In this document: piece after piece, positions 1 to 7,397 of the stretch | Position numbering within the stretch: the stretch's first letter is position 1 | How the letters are laid out: each line of letters opens with the position of its first letter | Assembly (NCBI GenBank): GCA_964574865.1 | Contig: CAZNOT010000002.1 | Coordinates: forward strand, 1-47,044 | Length of the DNA stretch: 47,044 nucleotides | From: an uncultured Candidatus Saccharibacteria bacterium | Lineage (GTDB): Bacteria > Patescibacteriota > Minisyncoccia > Phycocordibacterales > JAACPR01 | Direction: 5' to 3' | Notes under the pieces: generated by a model | What the model was told of the DNA's origin: nothing | The model's input: only the letters and a program-made list of their open reading frames with translations | The model's database searches: none | Made by a program: the position numbers and the translations under genes

Positions 1-73
1 CGCGAGGCGGGGTCGCGACCGAGGCGAGCGACGGCGAGCCGAGAGTTGTGACCGAATCCCTCCCGCCCCGCGC

Positions 74-79
74 TACAAT
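74..79 (+). promoter_or_regulatory. -10 box TACAAT, 7 nt before ATG 87
   Basis: Consensus-like hexamer in GC-rich DNA. No SD in the gap. Confidence 0.5.
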
Positions 80-86
80 TCCCCCC

Positions 87-494
87 ATGACGCAAACAAT
101 TCTCGCCTACCTCGCCTCGCTCGCCTCGCTCGTCGCCGTCGACTCCGTCTGGCTCAAGCTCGCCTACCGCGCCCTCTACCAGCCGCGCCTGGGGCACCTC
201 TTCGCCGCCGCGCCGTCGTGGCTGCCGATCGTCCTCTTCTACCTCCTCTACGCCGGCGGCGTGACGCTCTTCGCCGCGATGCCCGCGCTCCGCGAGAACG
301 CGCCGCTCCAGCGCGCGTTCCTCCTCGGCGCCGCGCTCGGGCTCGTCGCCTACGGCACCTACGACCTCACCAACCAGGCGACGATGAAGGCCTGGCCGGC
401 GATCGTCACCGTCATCGACCTCGCCTGGGGCGCGCTCCTGACCGGCCTCGCCGCCACCGCCGCCGTCTGGGTCGCCCGCCGCCTCGGCCGCTAG
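87..494 (+). CDS. DUF2177-family integral membrane protein
   Basis: The ORF opens at GTG 48. The in-frame ATG at 87 lies 7 nt after TACAAT. The translation (DSVWLKLAYRALYQPRLGHL ... GTYDLTNQATMKAWP ... DLAWGALLTG) fits the remembered DUF2177 pattern and shows 4 TM helices. Confidence 0.8.
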   Translation: MTQTILAYLASLASLVAVDSVWLKLAYRALYQPRLGHLFAAAPSWLPIVLFYLLYAGGVTLFAAMPALRENAPLQRAFLLGAALGLVAYGTYDLTNQATMKAWPAIVTVIDLAWGALLTGLAATAAVWVARRLGR

Positions 495-498
495 CCGT

Positions 499-1287
499 AT
501 GCTGAGCCTCCTCCTGCCGGCCTTCTCCGCCGCCGCGCTCGCGGTCGGGGCGTACATGCTCGCCTGGTACGCCGTCTCGCTCGCGATCCGCCGCGCCGAC
601 GTGGCCGACACCGCGTGGGGCCTCGGGTTCGCGCTCGCCGCCGGCGCGGCGATCCTCGCGACGGGCGGCTTCGCGCCGGACCGCGCGTCGCTCCTCTTCG
701 CGCTCGTCGCGGTCTGGGGCCTGCGCCTCTCGTGGCACATCTCGTCCCGTAACCGGCGCAAGCCCGAGGACGCCCGCTACCGCGCCTGGCGCGAGTCGTG
801 GGGCAAGACGTTCTGGTGGCGCTCGCTGCTCCAGATTTTCACGCTGCAGGGCGCGCTCCTCCTCGCGGTGGTCTCGCCGGTGATCGTCGTCGCCGCCGCC
901 CGCGGCGGCGCGCTCGGCTGGCTCGACGCGGCCGGCGCCCTCGTGTGGCTCGTCGGGTTCCTGTTCGAGTCTGTCGGCGACGCGCAGCTCCGCGCGTACC
1001 TGCGGCAGGATCCGGCCACCCGGCCGCCCGTCCTCGACCGCGGCCTCTGGCGCTACACCCGCCACCCGAACTACTTCGGCGAGGTGACGCAGTGGTGGGG
1101 GGTCTGGCTCGTGGCGCTCGCCGTGCCCGGCGGCTGGCTGGGCGTCCTCGGGCCGCTCGCCATCTCGTTCCTCATCCTCAAGGTCTCCGGCATCCCGATG
1201 CTCGAGCGCGCCTTCGCCGGCAACCCCGCCTTCGAGGAGTACAAGAAGAGAACCAGCGCGTTCTTCCCGCTGCCGCCGCGGGGGTAA
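499..1287 (+). CDS. DUF1295 / steroid 5-alpha-reductase-like polytopic membrane protein
   Basis: 262 aa with multiple TM helices. The C-terminal RYTRHPNYFGE..QWWG motif is typical of this family. Confidence 0.75.
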   Translation: MLSLLLPAFSAAALAVGAYMLAWYAVSLAIRRADVADTAWGLGFALAAGAAILATGGFAPDRASLLFALVAVWGLRLSWHISSRNRRKPEDARYRAWRESWGKTFWWRSLLQIFTLQGALLLAVVSPVIVVAAARGGALGWLDAAGALVWLVGFLFESVGDAQLRAYLRQDPATRPPVLDRGLWRYTRHPNYFGEVTQWWGVWLVALAVPGGWLGVLGPLAISFLILKVSGIPMLERAFAGNPAFEEYKKRTSAFFPLPPRG

Positions 1288-1299
1288 GTTATTGCTCTG

Positions 1300-1566
1300 G
1301 TGGACGTCTATCTTCTCCGCTGTGCTGATGATTCCCTCTACTGCGGCATCGCGCAGGATTTAAAGAAACGGGTGGGGGAGCACAACGGAGACGTAGGATC
1401 GAAGCGCGGGGCGAAGTACACGCGGAGCCGGCGGCCGGTAGAGTTGGTGTGGTCGAAGCGGTTCAGGACGAAGTCGGCGGCGATGCGGGTGGAGGCGGCG
1501 ATGAAAAAACTGTCGCGGGCCGAGAAGCTCGCGCTGATCGCCAAATCTCGAGGCGAGAAAAAATGA
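1300..1566 (+). CDS. GIY-YIG nuclease-family small protein
   Basis: 88 aa with a GTG start. VYLLRCADDSLYCGIAQDLKKRVGEHN matches the GIY..YIG..R..H/N core. Confidence 0.8.
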   Translation: MDVYLLRCADDSLYCGIAQDLKKRVGEHNGDVGSKRGAKYTRSRRPVELVWSKRFRTKSAAMRVEAAMKKLSRAEKLALIAKSRGEKK

Positions 1567-1666
1567 GACGCTCGCCGGAACTTCCGCCGGGCGTGGTCGG
1601 CGTGGTGACGGCGCCGGTTTCCACAGGGGTGGCGCCCGAGCTCGCGAGGCGAGCGTGGGCCGGTGC

Positions 1667-1672
1667 TAGAAT
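1667..1672 (+). promoter_or_regulatory. extended -10 TGcTAGAAT upstream of the 50-aa gene
   Basis: 36 nt before ATG 1709. Confidence 0.5.
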
Positions 1673-1708
1673 TTCCGACGACCGTATTTCTAAAACAAAA
1701 CGCACGCA

Positions 1709-1861
1709 ATGAAACCTTCCGTCTGGCTCCTTTTCGCGGCCGTCGTCTCGCTCGGCATCTCGGTCTACTTCTGGAACGCCGGGAACCTCCAGCTCGCCAC
1801 CTTCATCGGCCTCTGGGTTCCGTCTCTGCTCTCGCTCGCGACCTACGCCAAGACCCGCTAG
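1709..1861 (+). CDS. small (50 aa) two-helix membrane protein, hypothetical
   Basis: Hand-translated; not in the ORF track because it is under 60 aa. Sequence: MKPSVWLLFAAVVSLGISVYFWNAGNLQLATFIGLWVPSLLSLATYAKTR. GC3-rich codons, a TGcTAGAAT promoter upstream, and a strong terminator directly downstream. Confidence 0.55.
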   Translation: MKPSVWLLFAAVVSLGISVYFWNAGNLQLATFIGLWVPSLLSLATYAKTR

Positions 1862-1881
1862 CTCGATTCGCCCGACTCACG

Positions 1882-1910
1882 AAAACCGCCGCGAGGCGGT
1901 TTTCGCTTTT
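1882..1910 (+). terminator. rho-independent terminator
   Basis: AAAACCGCC-GCGA-GGCGGTTTT 9-bp stem followed by CGCTTTT. Confidence 0.8.
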
Positions 1911-1918
1911 CGGCGCGC

Positions 1919-1924
1919 TAAAAT
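1919..1924 (+). promoter_or_regulatory. -10 box TAAAAT, 6 nt before GTG 1931
   Basis: Immediately downstream of the terminator. Confidence 0.5.
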
Positions 1925-1930
1925 CTCCGC

Positions 1931-2470
1931 GTGCCATTTGCCCACACGGTTCGCCGGTCGGCGCGGGCGCGGAACCTGCGCCTCACCGTCTACCCGGACG
2001 GGCGCGTCGTGCTGACGGTGCCGCGCCGCGCGAGCGAGCGCGCCGCGCAGAAATTTCTCGCGGCGAAGTCTCCCTGGGTCGAGGCGACAATCGAGCGGCT
2101 CGCGAAGCTCCCGCCGCCCCTGGTGCCGAAAGGTGGGCGCCGCGAGTACCTGGCGCGAAAGGGAGAGGCGCGAGCGCTCGCGGCGCGGCTCCTCGCAGAG
2201 TGGAACAAAATTTACGGCTTCACGTGGAGCCGCGTCGCGATTCGCAACCAGAAGAGCCGCTGGGGCTCCTGCTCGCGGCGGGGGAACCTCAACTTCAACT
2301 ACCGCATTGTGCACCTGCCGCCGCGCCTCGCGGACTACCTCGTCGTGCACGAGCTGTGCCACCTGGCGCACATGAACCACGGCCCGCGGTTCTGGGCCGA
2401 GGTCGCGCGGGCGCTGCCGGACTACCGCGAGCTCCGCGCGGCTCTCCGGATTGGCCGGCGGATCGATTAG
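1931..2470 (+). CDS. YgjP/DUF45-type (M48-like) zinc metallopeptidase
   Basis: 179 aa. HELCHLAHMNHGPRFW is an HExxH motif in the usual C-terminal position. The GTG start lies 6 nt after TAAAAT. Confidence 0.75.
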   Translation: MPFAHTVRRSARARNLRLTVYPDGRVVLTVPRRASERAAQKFLAAKSPWVEATIERLAKLPPPLVPKGGRREYLARKGEARALAARLLAEWNKIYGFTWSRVAIRNQKSRWGSCSRRGNLNFNYRIVHLPPRLADYLVVHELCHLAHMNHGPRFWAEVARALPDYRELRAALRIGRRID

Positions 2471-2598
2471 CGACCGCTGGAGGCGGGCGTAAAATTCCGG
2501 GCGCGGGTACTCGCGTCCGAAAGGCTGTTTTCGCCGCCGCGCGATTTTCGCGCTTAGCGGCCGGCGCCTGTTTCTGGTAGAAAACGCAGGCCCCGCGC

Positions 2599-2670
2599 GC
2601 TCCCATCGTTCAATGGATAGGACACTGGCCTCCGAAGCTGGAGATGTAGGTTCGATTCCTACTGGGAGCA
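2599..2670 (+). tRNA. tRNA-Arg (anticodon CCG)
   Basis: Hand-folded cloverleaf. Acceptor GCTCCCA/TGGGAGC, D arm GTTC/GGAC, anticodon loop CT-CCG-AA, T arm GTAGG-TTCGATT-CCTAC. No encoded CCA. Confidence 0.9.
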
Positions 2671-2677
2671 CAAAAAA

Positions 2678-2710
2678 GAAACCCCGCCTCAAGCGGGCGG
2701 TTTCTTTTTG
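2678..2710 (+). terminator. terminator-like hairpin after tRNA-Arg
   Basis: GAAACC(CC)GCC ... GGCGGTTTC stem with a 2-nt bulge, running into TTTCTTTTTGG. Confidence 0.6.
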
Positions 2711-2880
2711 GCGCTCCCAGGGAAGGTGCCCGCGCACCTTCCGGGTAGGAATCGAAAGCCGCAGCGATGTTCGGCCCGCGGCTCTGCCGGGACGAACCGC
2801 GAGGCGGGGTCGCGGGTACTTTGCCGTTTGGGATCCGTTCGAGAGTTAGAGGATTCCAAACGGCTCAGTAACCCGTGACT

Positions 2881-2898
2881 GATTCCTGCTGGGAGCAC
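2881..2898 (+). repeat. direct repeat of the tRNA-Arg 3' end (att-like)
   Basis: GATTCCTgCTGGGAGCAC at 2881..2898 versus GATTCCTaCTGGGAGCAC at 2654..2671. That is 17 of 18 identical, 227 bp apart. Confidence 0.7.
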
Positions 2899-3016
2899 GC
2901 CAAATCGACCCAATGATCCGTGGCCGATTCCCAAACCAATCAAACGGCCTCCGGCCCCACTCGTAATTTTCGCAATTGCGACCTGGGCTGACGGTAAGGA
3001 ACCAATAATTTTCTGC

Positions 3017-3022
3017 TAAACT
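3017..3022 (+). promoter_or_regulatory. -10 box TAAACT, 9 nt before ATG 3032
   Basis: TGc-extended form (CTGCTAAACT). Confidence 0.45.
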
Positions 3023-3031
3023 TGTCCCGCC

Positions 3032-3496
3032 ATGAAGAAAATCCTTTCCGCCCTCGCCGCCGCCGCGCTGCTCGTCCCGTCGGTATCGTTCGCCGCGCCG
3101 GCGTTTCGGCTCATCGATTCGTCCGTCGTCGCGGCTAAACCCGAGATCGTCTCGTTCGTCGCCGCTGAAGATTCCCACGACCTCAGCTGGGAGGCGGCCG
3201 GCGCTGGCCTGCTCGAACTCTCGGTCCGCTGCAGGGGCGGCGCGCGGATGAGCGTCGACCACGAGGACGGCACCGTCTCCTACGTGCAGTGCGACGGGAA
3301 GCTCCACCCAGCCTACCGGTTCGAATCCGAGGTTGGCCAGACGGCCGACGTGGCGCTCCAGGTCACCGGCGACAAGGCGGTGAAGGTCTACACGATTCTG
3401 AAGATCTACCAGGACAAGGACGGCAAGAAGGGGAAGCTCGCGGATAAGGCGAAGGTCAACCTGACCGTCGCGCCGGAAACGGAGGACGAAGAGTAG
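3032..3496 (+). CDS. secreted hypothetical protein
   Basis: 154 aa. Signal peptide MKKILSALAAAALLVPSVSFA|AP, GC3-rich coding, and TAAACT 9 nt upstream of the ATG. No family recognised. Confidence 0.6.
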   Translation: MKKILSALAAAALLVPSVSFAAPAFRLIDSSVVAAKPEIVSFVAAEDSHDLSWEAAGAGLLELSVRCRGGARMSVDHEDGTVSYVQCDGKLHPAYRFESEVGQTADVALQVTGDKAVKVYTILKIYQDKDGKKGKLADKAKVNLTVAPETEDEE

Positions 3497-3599
3497 CGGC
3501 CGGGTAGGGCGAGCTGTGAGAATTTGCCCGCTCGGTCTAGCGGGTTCCGAAAATGTGCCGCCAGCCGCGCGCTCTAGCCGCGCCTGCGGCTTTCCTCTT

Positions 3600-4277
3600 T
3601 CACGCGCGCGCCATCGAGAACATTCCGACGGCCACCGCGCCGGCCTTCCGCAGCGCCGCGCGGCACGCGCGCAGCGTGGCGCCCGTCGTCGCCACGTCGT
3701 CGACGAGCGCAACGGCGTGGCCGCGCACGATCGATTCATCAGCCGCGAACGCGTCGCGTAGGTTACCGAGCCGCGCCGCGCGGGCGAGCTTGGCCTGCTT
3801 CGGCGTCTCGCGTACTTTGCGCAGGGCGCCTGGCGCGTACCGGGCGACATTCGGCGCGAGCGCCGCGAGAACCCCTTCGCAGAGGAGCTCCGTCTGGCTG
3901 TACCCGCGCTCGCGCCGGCTGGCAGGGGAGAGCGGCACCGGCACGATTAATGTCTCGGCGCGCCGCCCGGCTTCTTCCCGCTCTCCGATCCAGGCGAGAA
4001 CGCCTTCGGCTAGAAGCGCGCCGACGCCGGCAGCCGCCCCGCGGCTCCGCGATTCCTTCACGAGGAGCGTGAGCCGGGCCGCCAGAGGGTCGTCGTACGC
4101 GAAGAGCGCGTGTATCGGGAGCGCTGGGTCGGGGAGCGGCGCGCGAATTGCCGCGCGGAGCGCTTCGGGCGGGCACCGCTCGAGCAGCCGGTCGATCTCC
4201 GCGCGCGGAAAAAACGCATCGGCGACGGCGCGCCCCGCGCCTCTCTTCGGCCCGATTGTCGCCGCCGTCGTTCTCAC
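3600..4277 (-). CDS. comF: ComF-family phosphoribosyltransferase-like competence protein
   Basis: 225 aa with a GTG start. The C-terminal PRPP-binding loop VALVDDVATTGATLRA is typical of ComF/PRTases. The N-terminal Zn-finger is absent. Confidence 0.7.
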   Translation of the reverse strand: MRTTAATIGPKRGAGRAVADAFFPRAEIDRLLERCPPEALRAAIRAPLPDPALPIHALFAYDDPLAARLTLLVKESRSRGAAAGVGALLAEGVLAWIGEREEAGRRAETLIVPVPLSPASRRERGYSQTELLCEGVLAALAPNVARYAPGALRKVRETPKQAKLARAARLGNLRDAFAADESIVRGHAVALVDDVATTGATLRACRAALRKAGAVAVGMFSMARA

Positions 4278-4361
4278 CGGCGCACCGTACCGCGCCGCGA
4301 ATCACGCCGCGGTAAGCCCGCCGCGAGCTGTGAATAAAGGTCGTCGTGGAACCTCGCGTGA

Positions 4362-4367
4362 TATACT
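4362..4367 (+). promoter_or_regulatory. -10 box TATACT, 12 nt before pilM ATG
   Basis: GTGATATACT context. No SD. Confidence 0.5.
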
Positions 4368-4379
4368 CGCGGCGCTCCG

Positions 4380-5483
4380 ATGCTCGAGAGAATCAGCGAA
4401 TTCGCGAAGGGAATCTTTGGCGAGAAACGTCAGAGCGTTCTCGGCGTGGACATAGGATCGTCCTCCGCGAAGGTCGTGCAGCTCCGCAAGGAGCGCGGCC
4501 GCGCAATCCTCGAAACCTACGGCGAGCTCGCCCTCGGACCTTACGGCCAGGTCGAGGTTGGTCGCGCGGTGAAGCTCTCGCCCGAGAAGGTTGCCGAGGC
4601 GGTCAAGGATTTGCTCAAGGAAGCCAGCGTCTCGACCGCCGACTCCGCGCTCACCGTGCCAATGCGCTCGTCGATGACGACGGTCATTACCGTGCCGACC
4701 TACGACGACGATCGCCTCAAGATGATGGTGCCGCTCGAGGCCCGCAAGTACATCCCCGTGCCGATGTCGCAGGTGACCCTCGACTGGTTCAAGATCCCGA
4801 AGCCCGAAATCGAGGAGGCCGACGCGGCGCGGCGCGGCCAGACCGAGGTGATGGTTGTCGCCATTCACAACGAGGCGCTCGACTCGCTCTCGCGCGTCGT
4901 CGAGGACGCGCAGCTCAACGCGTCCTTCTTCGAGATCGAGATGTTCTCGACTATCCGCGCGATCATCGACCCGTCAGAGGCGGCCGCCACGATGATTTTA
5001 GACATCGGCGCGAGCGCCACGAAGGCGTACATCGTCGAGCGCGGCGTCGTCCGCGAGTCGCACTCTATCCCGCGCGGCTCGCAGGAAATCACCCTCAGTT
5101 TCTCGAAAGCGATCGGCGTCACGGTCGACTACGCCGAGAAGCTCAAGCGGAACGCTGGCCGAAACGAGCTCCAGCAGGACCAGAAACTCAAGGAGATTGC
5201 CGATCTCGTGTTCCAGCCAATCTGGAGCGAGGCGATGACGCTCCTCCTGAGCTACCAGAAGCGCGCGCGGGCGGTCGTCTCGCGCGTCATTCTCGTCGGC
5301 GGCGGCGCGATGTTCCCAGGTCTCGCGGCCGTGGCGCAGCAGAAGCTCGGCGTCGAGGTGATCCGCGCTGACCCGTTCGCGAAGGTGTCTGCGCCGGCGT
5401 TCCTCCAGGGCGTGCTGCGCGAGAACGGCATGGCGTTTGCCGGCGCGATTGGCATCGCGCTGCGCAAGCTAGAGCTGCTTTGA
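4380..5483 (+). CDS. pilM: type IV pilus assembly protein PilM (actin-like ATPase)
   Basis: 367 aa. VLGVDIGSSSAKVVQL is an N-terminal actin-fold phosphate-1 motif. Length and operon context with pilN/O-like genes and pilB/T/C also fit. Confidence 0.85.
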   Translation: MLERISEFAKGIFGEKRQSVLGVDIGSSSAKVVQLRKERGRAILETYGELALGPYGQVEVGRAVKLSPEKVAEAVKDLLKEASVSTADSALTVPMRSSMTTVITVPTYDDDRLKMMVPLEARKYIPVPMSQVTLDWFKIPKPEIEEADAARRGQTEVMVVAIHNEALDSLSRVVEDAQLNASFFEIEMFSTIRAIIDPSEAAATMILDIGASATKAYIVERGVVRESHSIPRGSQEITLSFSKAIGVTVDYAEKLKRNAGRNELQQDQKLKEIADLVFQPIWSEAMTLLLSYQKRARAVVSRVILVGGGAMFPGLAAVAQQKLGVEVIRADPFAKVSAPAFLQGVLRENGMAFAGAIGIALRKLELL

Positions 5484-5590
5484 GGTTTCGTCGGCGCGCG
5501 GCGTCCCCGCGATCCCGCGCGGGATCGCCCGTGTTCGCGGCGGCCGCTCCCTGTGGATAGCTCTGGCGCGGCGAACGGGCGGGGAGAGCG

Positions 5591-5596
5591 TATAAT
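5591..5596 (+). promoter_or_regulatory. -10 box TATAAT, 12 nt before ATG 5609
   Basis: Perfect consensus, in the 125-nt pilM/pilN-like spacer. Confidence 0.55.
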
Positions 5597-5608
5597 TCGT
5601 GCAAGCTA

Positions 5609-6349
5609 ATGAGCGAGGTGCAAACAACTTTCGTCCCGCGCCGCCCGCAGCTCGCGACGCCCCGCGTCGCGGCCCCGCGCGGACCAGATTTCATCGTGCT
5701 CATCGCCACGGTTTTGTTCTTCGCGTCTGCCGCCGCCGCGGGTGGCGTCTACGCGTGGCGTTGGAACCTCAACCGTGAGATCGAGAGCCAGGCCGACCAG
5801 CTCGAGAAAGTGCGCGACTCCTTCGACCCAAAGTTCATCGAGCAGGCGTCGCTCCTCAACGACCGCATCGTCGCGGCGAACAAGATTCTCGATGGCCACC
5901 TCGCGCCGACCGAGCTGTTCGACATATTCGAACAGTTCACCCTCCGCACGGTAGCTTTTCAATCTTTCACCGCGGTGCGCGGCGCGAACGGTTCGGTGGC
6001 GCTCACCGCGACCGGTGTCGGCAAGAACTTCGAGGCGGTGGTGCTCCAGTCTGACTGGTTCGGCGACGGTCCCGACGGCGACGGAGCCCGGCTCAAGGAC
6101 GTCGTATTCTCGCGCCTCGGCGAGACCGACCGCCGCGAGGCGACGTTCAATTTCTCGGCGACTATCCCCGCCGAGCGCATCCTCTTCACCCGATCCATCA
6201 CGCAGGTGCCCGCGCCGATCCAGGCCCCGGCGCAGCGCGGGGCGGCCGCTTCCTCGACCTCAACCTCGCTCGCGGCCACGTCGACTGCGCCCGCCGTGTC
6301 TACTCCGGGCGGAGTGCGCACGCCGCCGCCGGGCTCCACGACTATCTGA
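5609..6349 (+). CDS. PilN-like bitopic pilus alignment protein (tentative)
   Basis: 246 aa. Short N-terminal tail, one TM helix (FIVLIATVLFFASAAAAGGVYAW), a coiled segment and a low-complexity A/S/T/P tail. The position after pilM supports the call. The canonical INLLP motif is absent. Confidence 0.5.
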   Translation: MSEVQTTFVPRRPQLATPRVAAPRGPDFIVLIATVLFFASAAAAGGVYAWRWNLNREIESQADQLEKVRDSFDPKFIEQASLLNDRIVAANKILDGHLAPTELFDIFEQFTLRTVAFQSFTAVRGANGSVALTATGVGKNFEAVVLQSDWFGDGPDGDGARLKDVVFSRLGETDRREATFNFSATIPAERILFTRSITQVPAPIQAPAQRGAAASSTSTSLAATSTAPAVSTPGGVRTPPPGSTTI

Positions 6350-6352
6350 CAT

Positions 6353-6928
6353 ATGAAATCTCGAACCGTACCCTTCCTGATGCTCGTGCTCGCCATCGCG
6401 CTCTTCGTCGCGGTGACCTACCCCGCGTACACCGACGAGAAGGAGGGCGTGAAGGCGCTCCAGGCGAAGTTCGAGGAGAACGAGCAGACGCTCGATCTCG
6501 CCGCGCAGCTCGCCGAGAAGCGCGACGATCTGCGTAAGCGCTACTCGAAGATTAAGGACGAGGAGCGGGCGCTCCTCGCCAAGCTCCTGCCGTCGACGGT
6601 CGACAACGTTCGCTTGGTCAACGAGGTGTACGCCATGGCGCGCAAGCACGGCGTTCAGATTGGCAACGTTTCGGTCGGCGACGAGGCTTCGACCGACGCG
6701 GATAAGGGGCGACGAACCGCGGCGGCCGACGTCGCGAGCCAGTCGAGGAGCTACGGCGTCCTGCCGGTTTCCTTCGGCGCGAAGGCGTCCTACGGTAACT
6801 TCGAATCGTTCCTCCGCGACCTCGAGCTCTCGCTCCGCCTCGTCGACGTCCAATCGCTCTCGCTGAAGTCGGGGGCGACGGGCGAGTACGACTGGACGGT
6901 CAAGCTCGACACCTACTGGCTGCGCTGA
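6353..6928 (+). CDS. PilO-like bitopic pilus alignment protein (tentative)
   Basis: 191 aa. N-terminal TM helix, a long coiled coil (KALQAKFEENEQTLDLAAQLAEKRDDL) and a C-terminal alpha/beta domain. Position in the operon also fits. Confidence 0.55.
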   Translation: MKSRTVPFLMLVLAIALFVAVTYPAYTDEKEGVKALQAKFEENEQTLDLAAQLAEKRDDLRKRYSKIKDEERALLAKLLPSTVDNVRLVNEVYAMARKHGVQIGNVSVGDEASTDADKGRRTAAADVASQSRSYGVLPVSFGAKASYGNFESFLRDLELSLRLVDVQSLSLKSGATGEYDWTVKLDTYWLR

Positions 6929-6938
6929 CGACAAAAAC

Positions 6939-7385
6939 ATGGGAAAGAAACGAGCAATCCTGATCGTCGCCCTCCTCGCCGTCGTCGGCGGGGGCGCCGC
7001 GGCGTACCTCACGCGCGGGTCGTCCGACGGAGCCGCCGAGTCGGTGCGCACGGTCAACGACGGACGGGCATCGTCTCGCACCGCGTCATCGACCGACTCG
7101 CTCGTCGCGGAGATTACCGCCACTATCTACCAGATGGACCGCCTCCAGCTCGATCCCTCCATCTTTAACTCGGCGGCCTTCCGCATCCTCCAAGATCGCA
7201 CGCAGACCATCGCGCCCCAGGAGCCTGGCCGCGAGAATCCTTTCGCGCCGCTCGATTCTGACGCCGCCCCCTCGACCGGCGGGACTCGGACGCGTGCCCC
7301 CTCGACCGGCGGCGGCCTGATCAACGCGAACCGAACGTCGACCGGCGGCACCGCCGGTACCCCTCCCGCGCTGCCTGTCCGTTAG
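6939..7385 (+). CDS. small membrane-anchored pilus-operon protein with GRENPFAPL motif
   Basis: 148 aa. N-terminal TM helix, then GRENPF (a motif seen at the end of PilP/PilO-type accessory proteins), then a G/T/S-rich tail. Confidence 0.45.
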   Translation: MGKKRAILIVALLAVVGGGAAAYLTRGSSDGAAESVRTVNDGRASSRTASSTDSLVAEITATIYQMDRLQLDPSIFNSAAFRILQDRTQTIAPQEPGRENPFAPLDSDAAPSTGGTRTRAPSTGGGLINANRTSTGGTAGTPPALPVR

Positions 7386-7397
7386 TGAATCTCTAGG

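Noticed and set aside
2846-3850. A 334-aa minus-strand ORF spanning the tRNA-proximal spacer, the secreted-protein gene and the comF 3' end.
   Set aside because: Its composition is shadow-like. It overlaps both the well-formed + strand gene 3032..3496 (signal peptide, promoter) and comF. It has no motifs.
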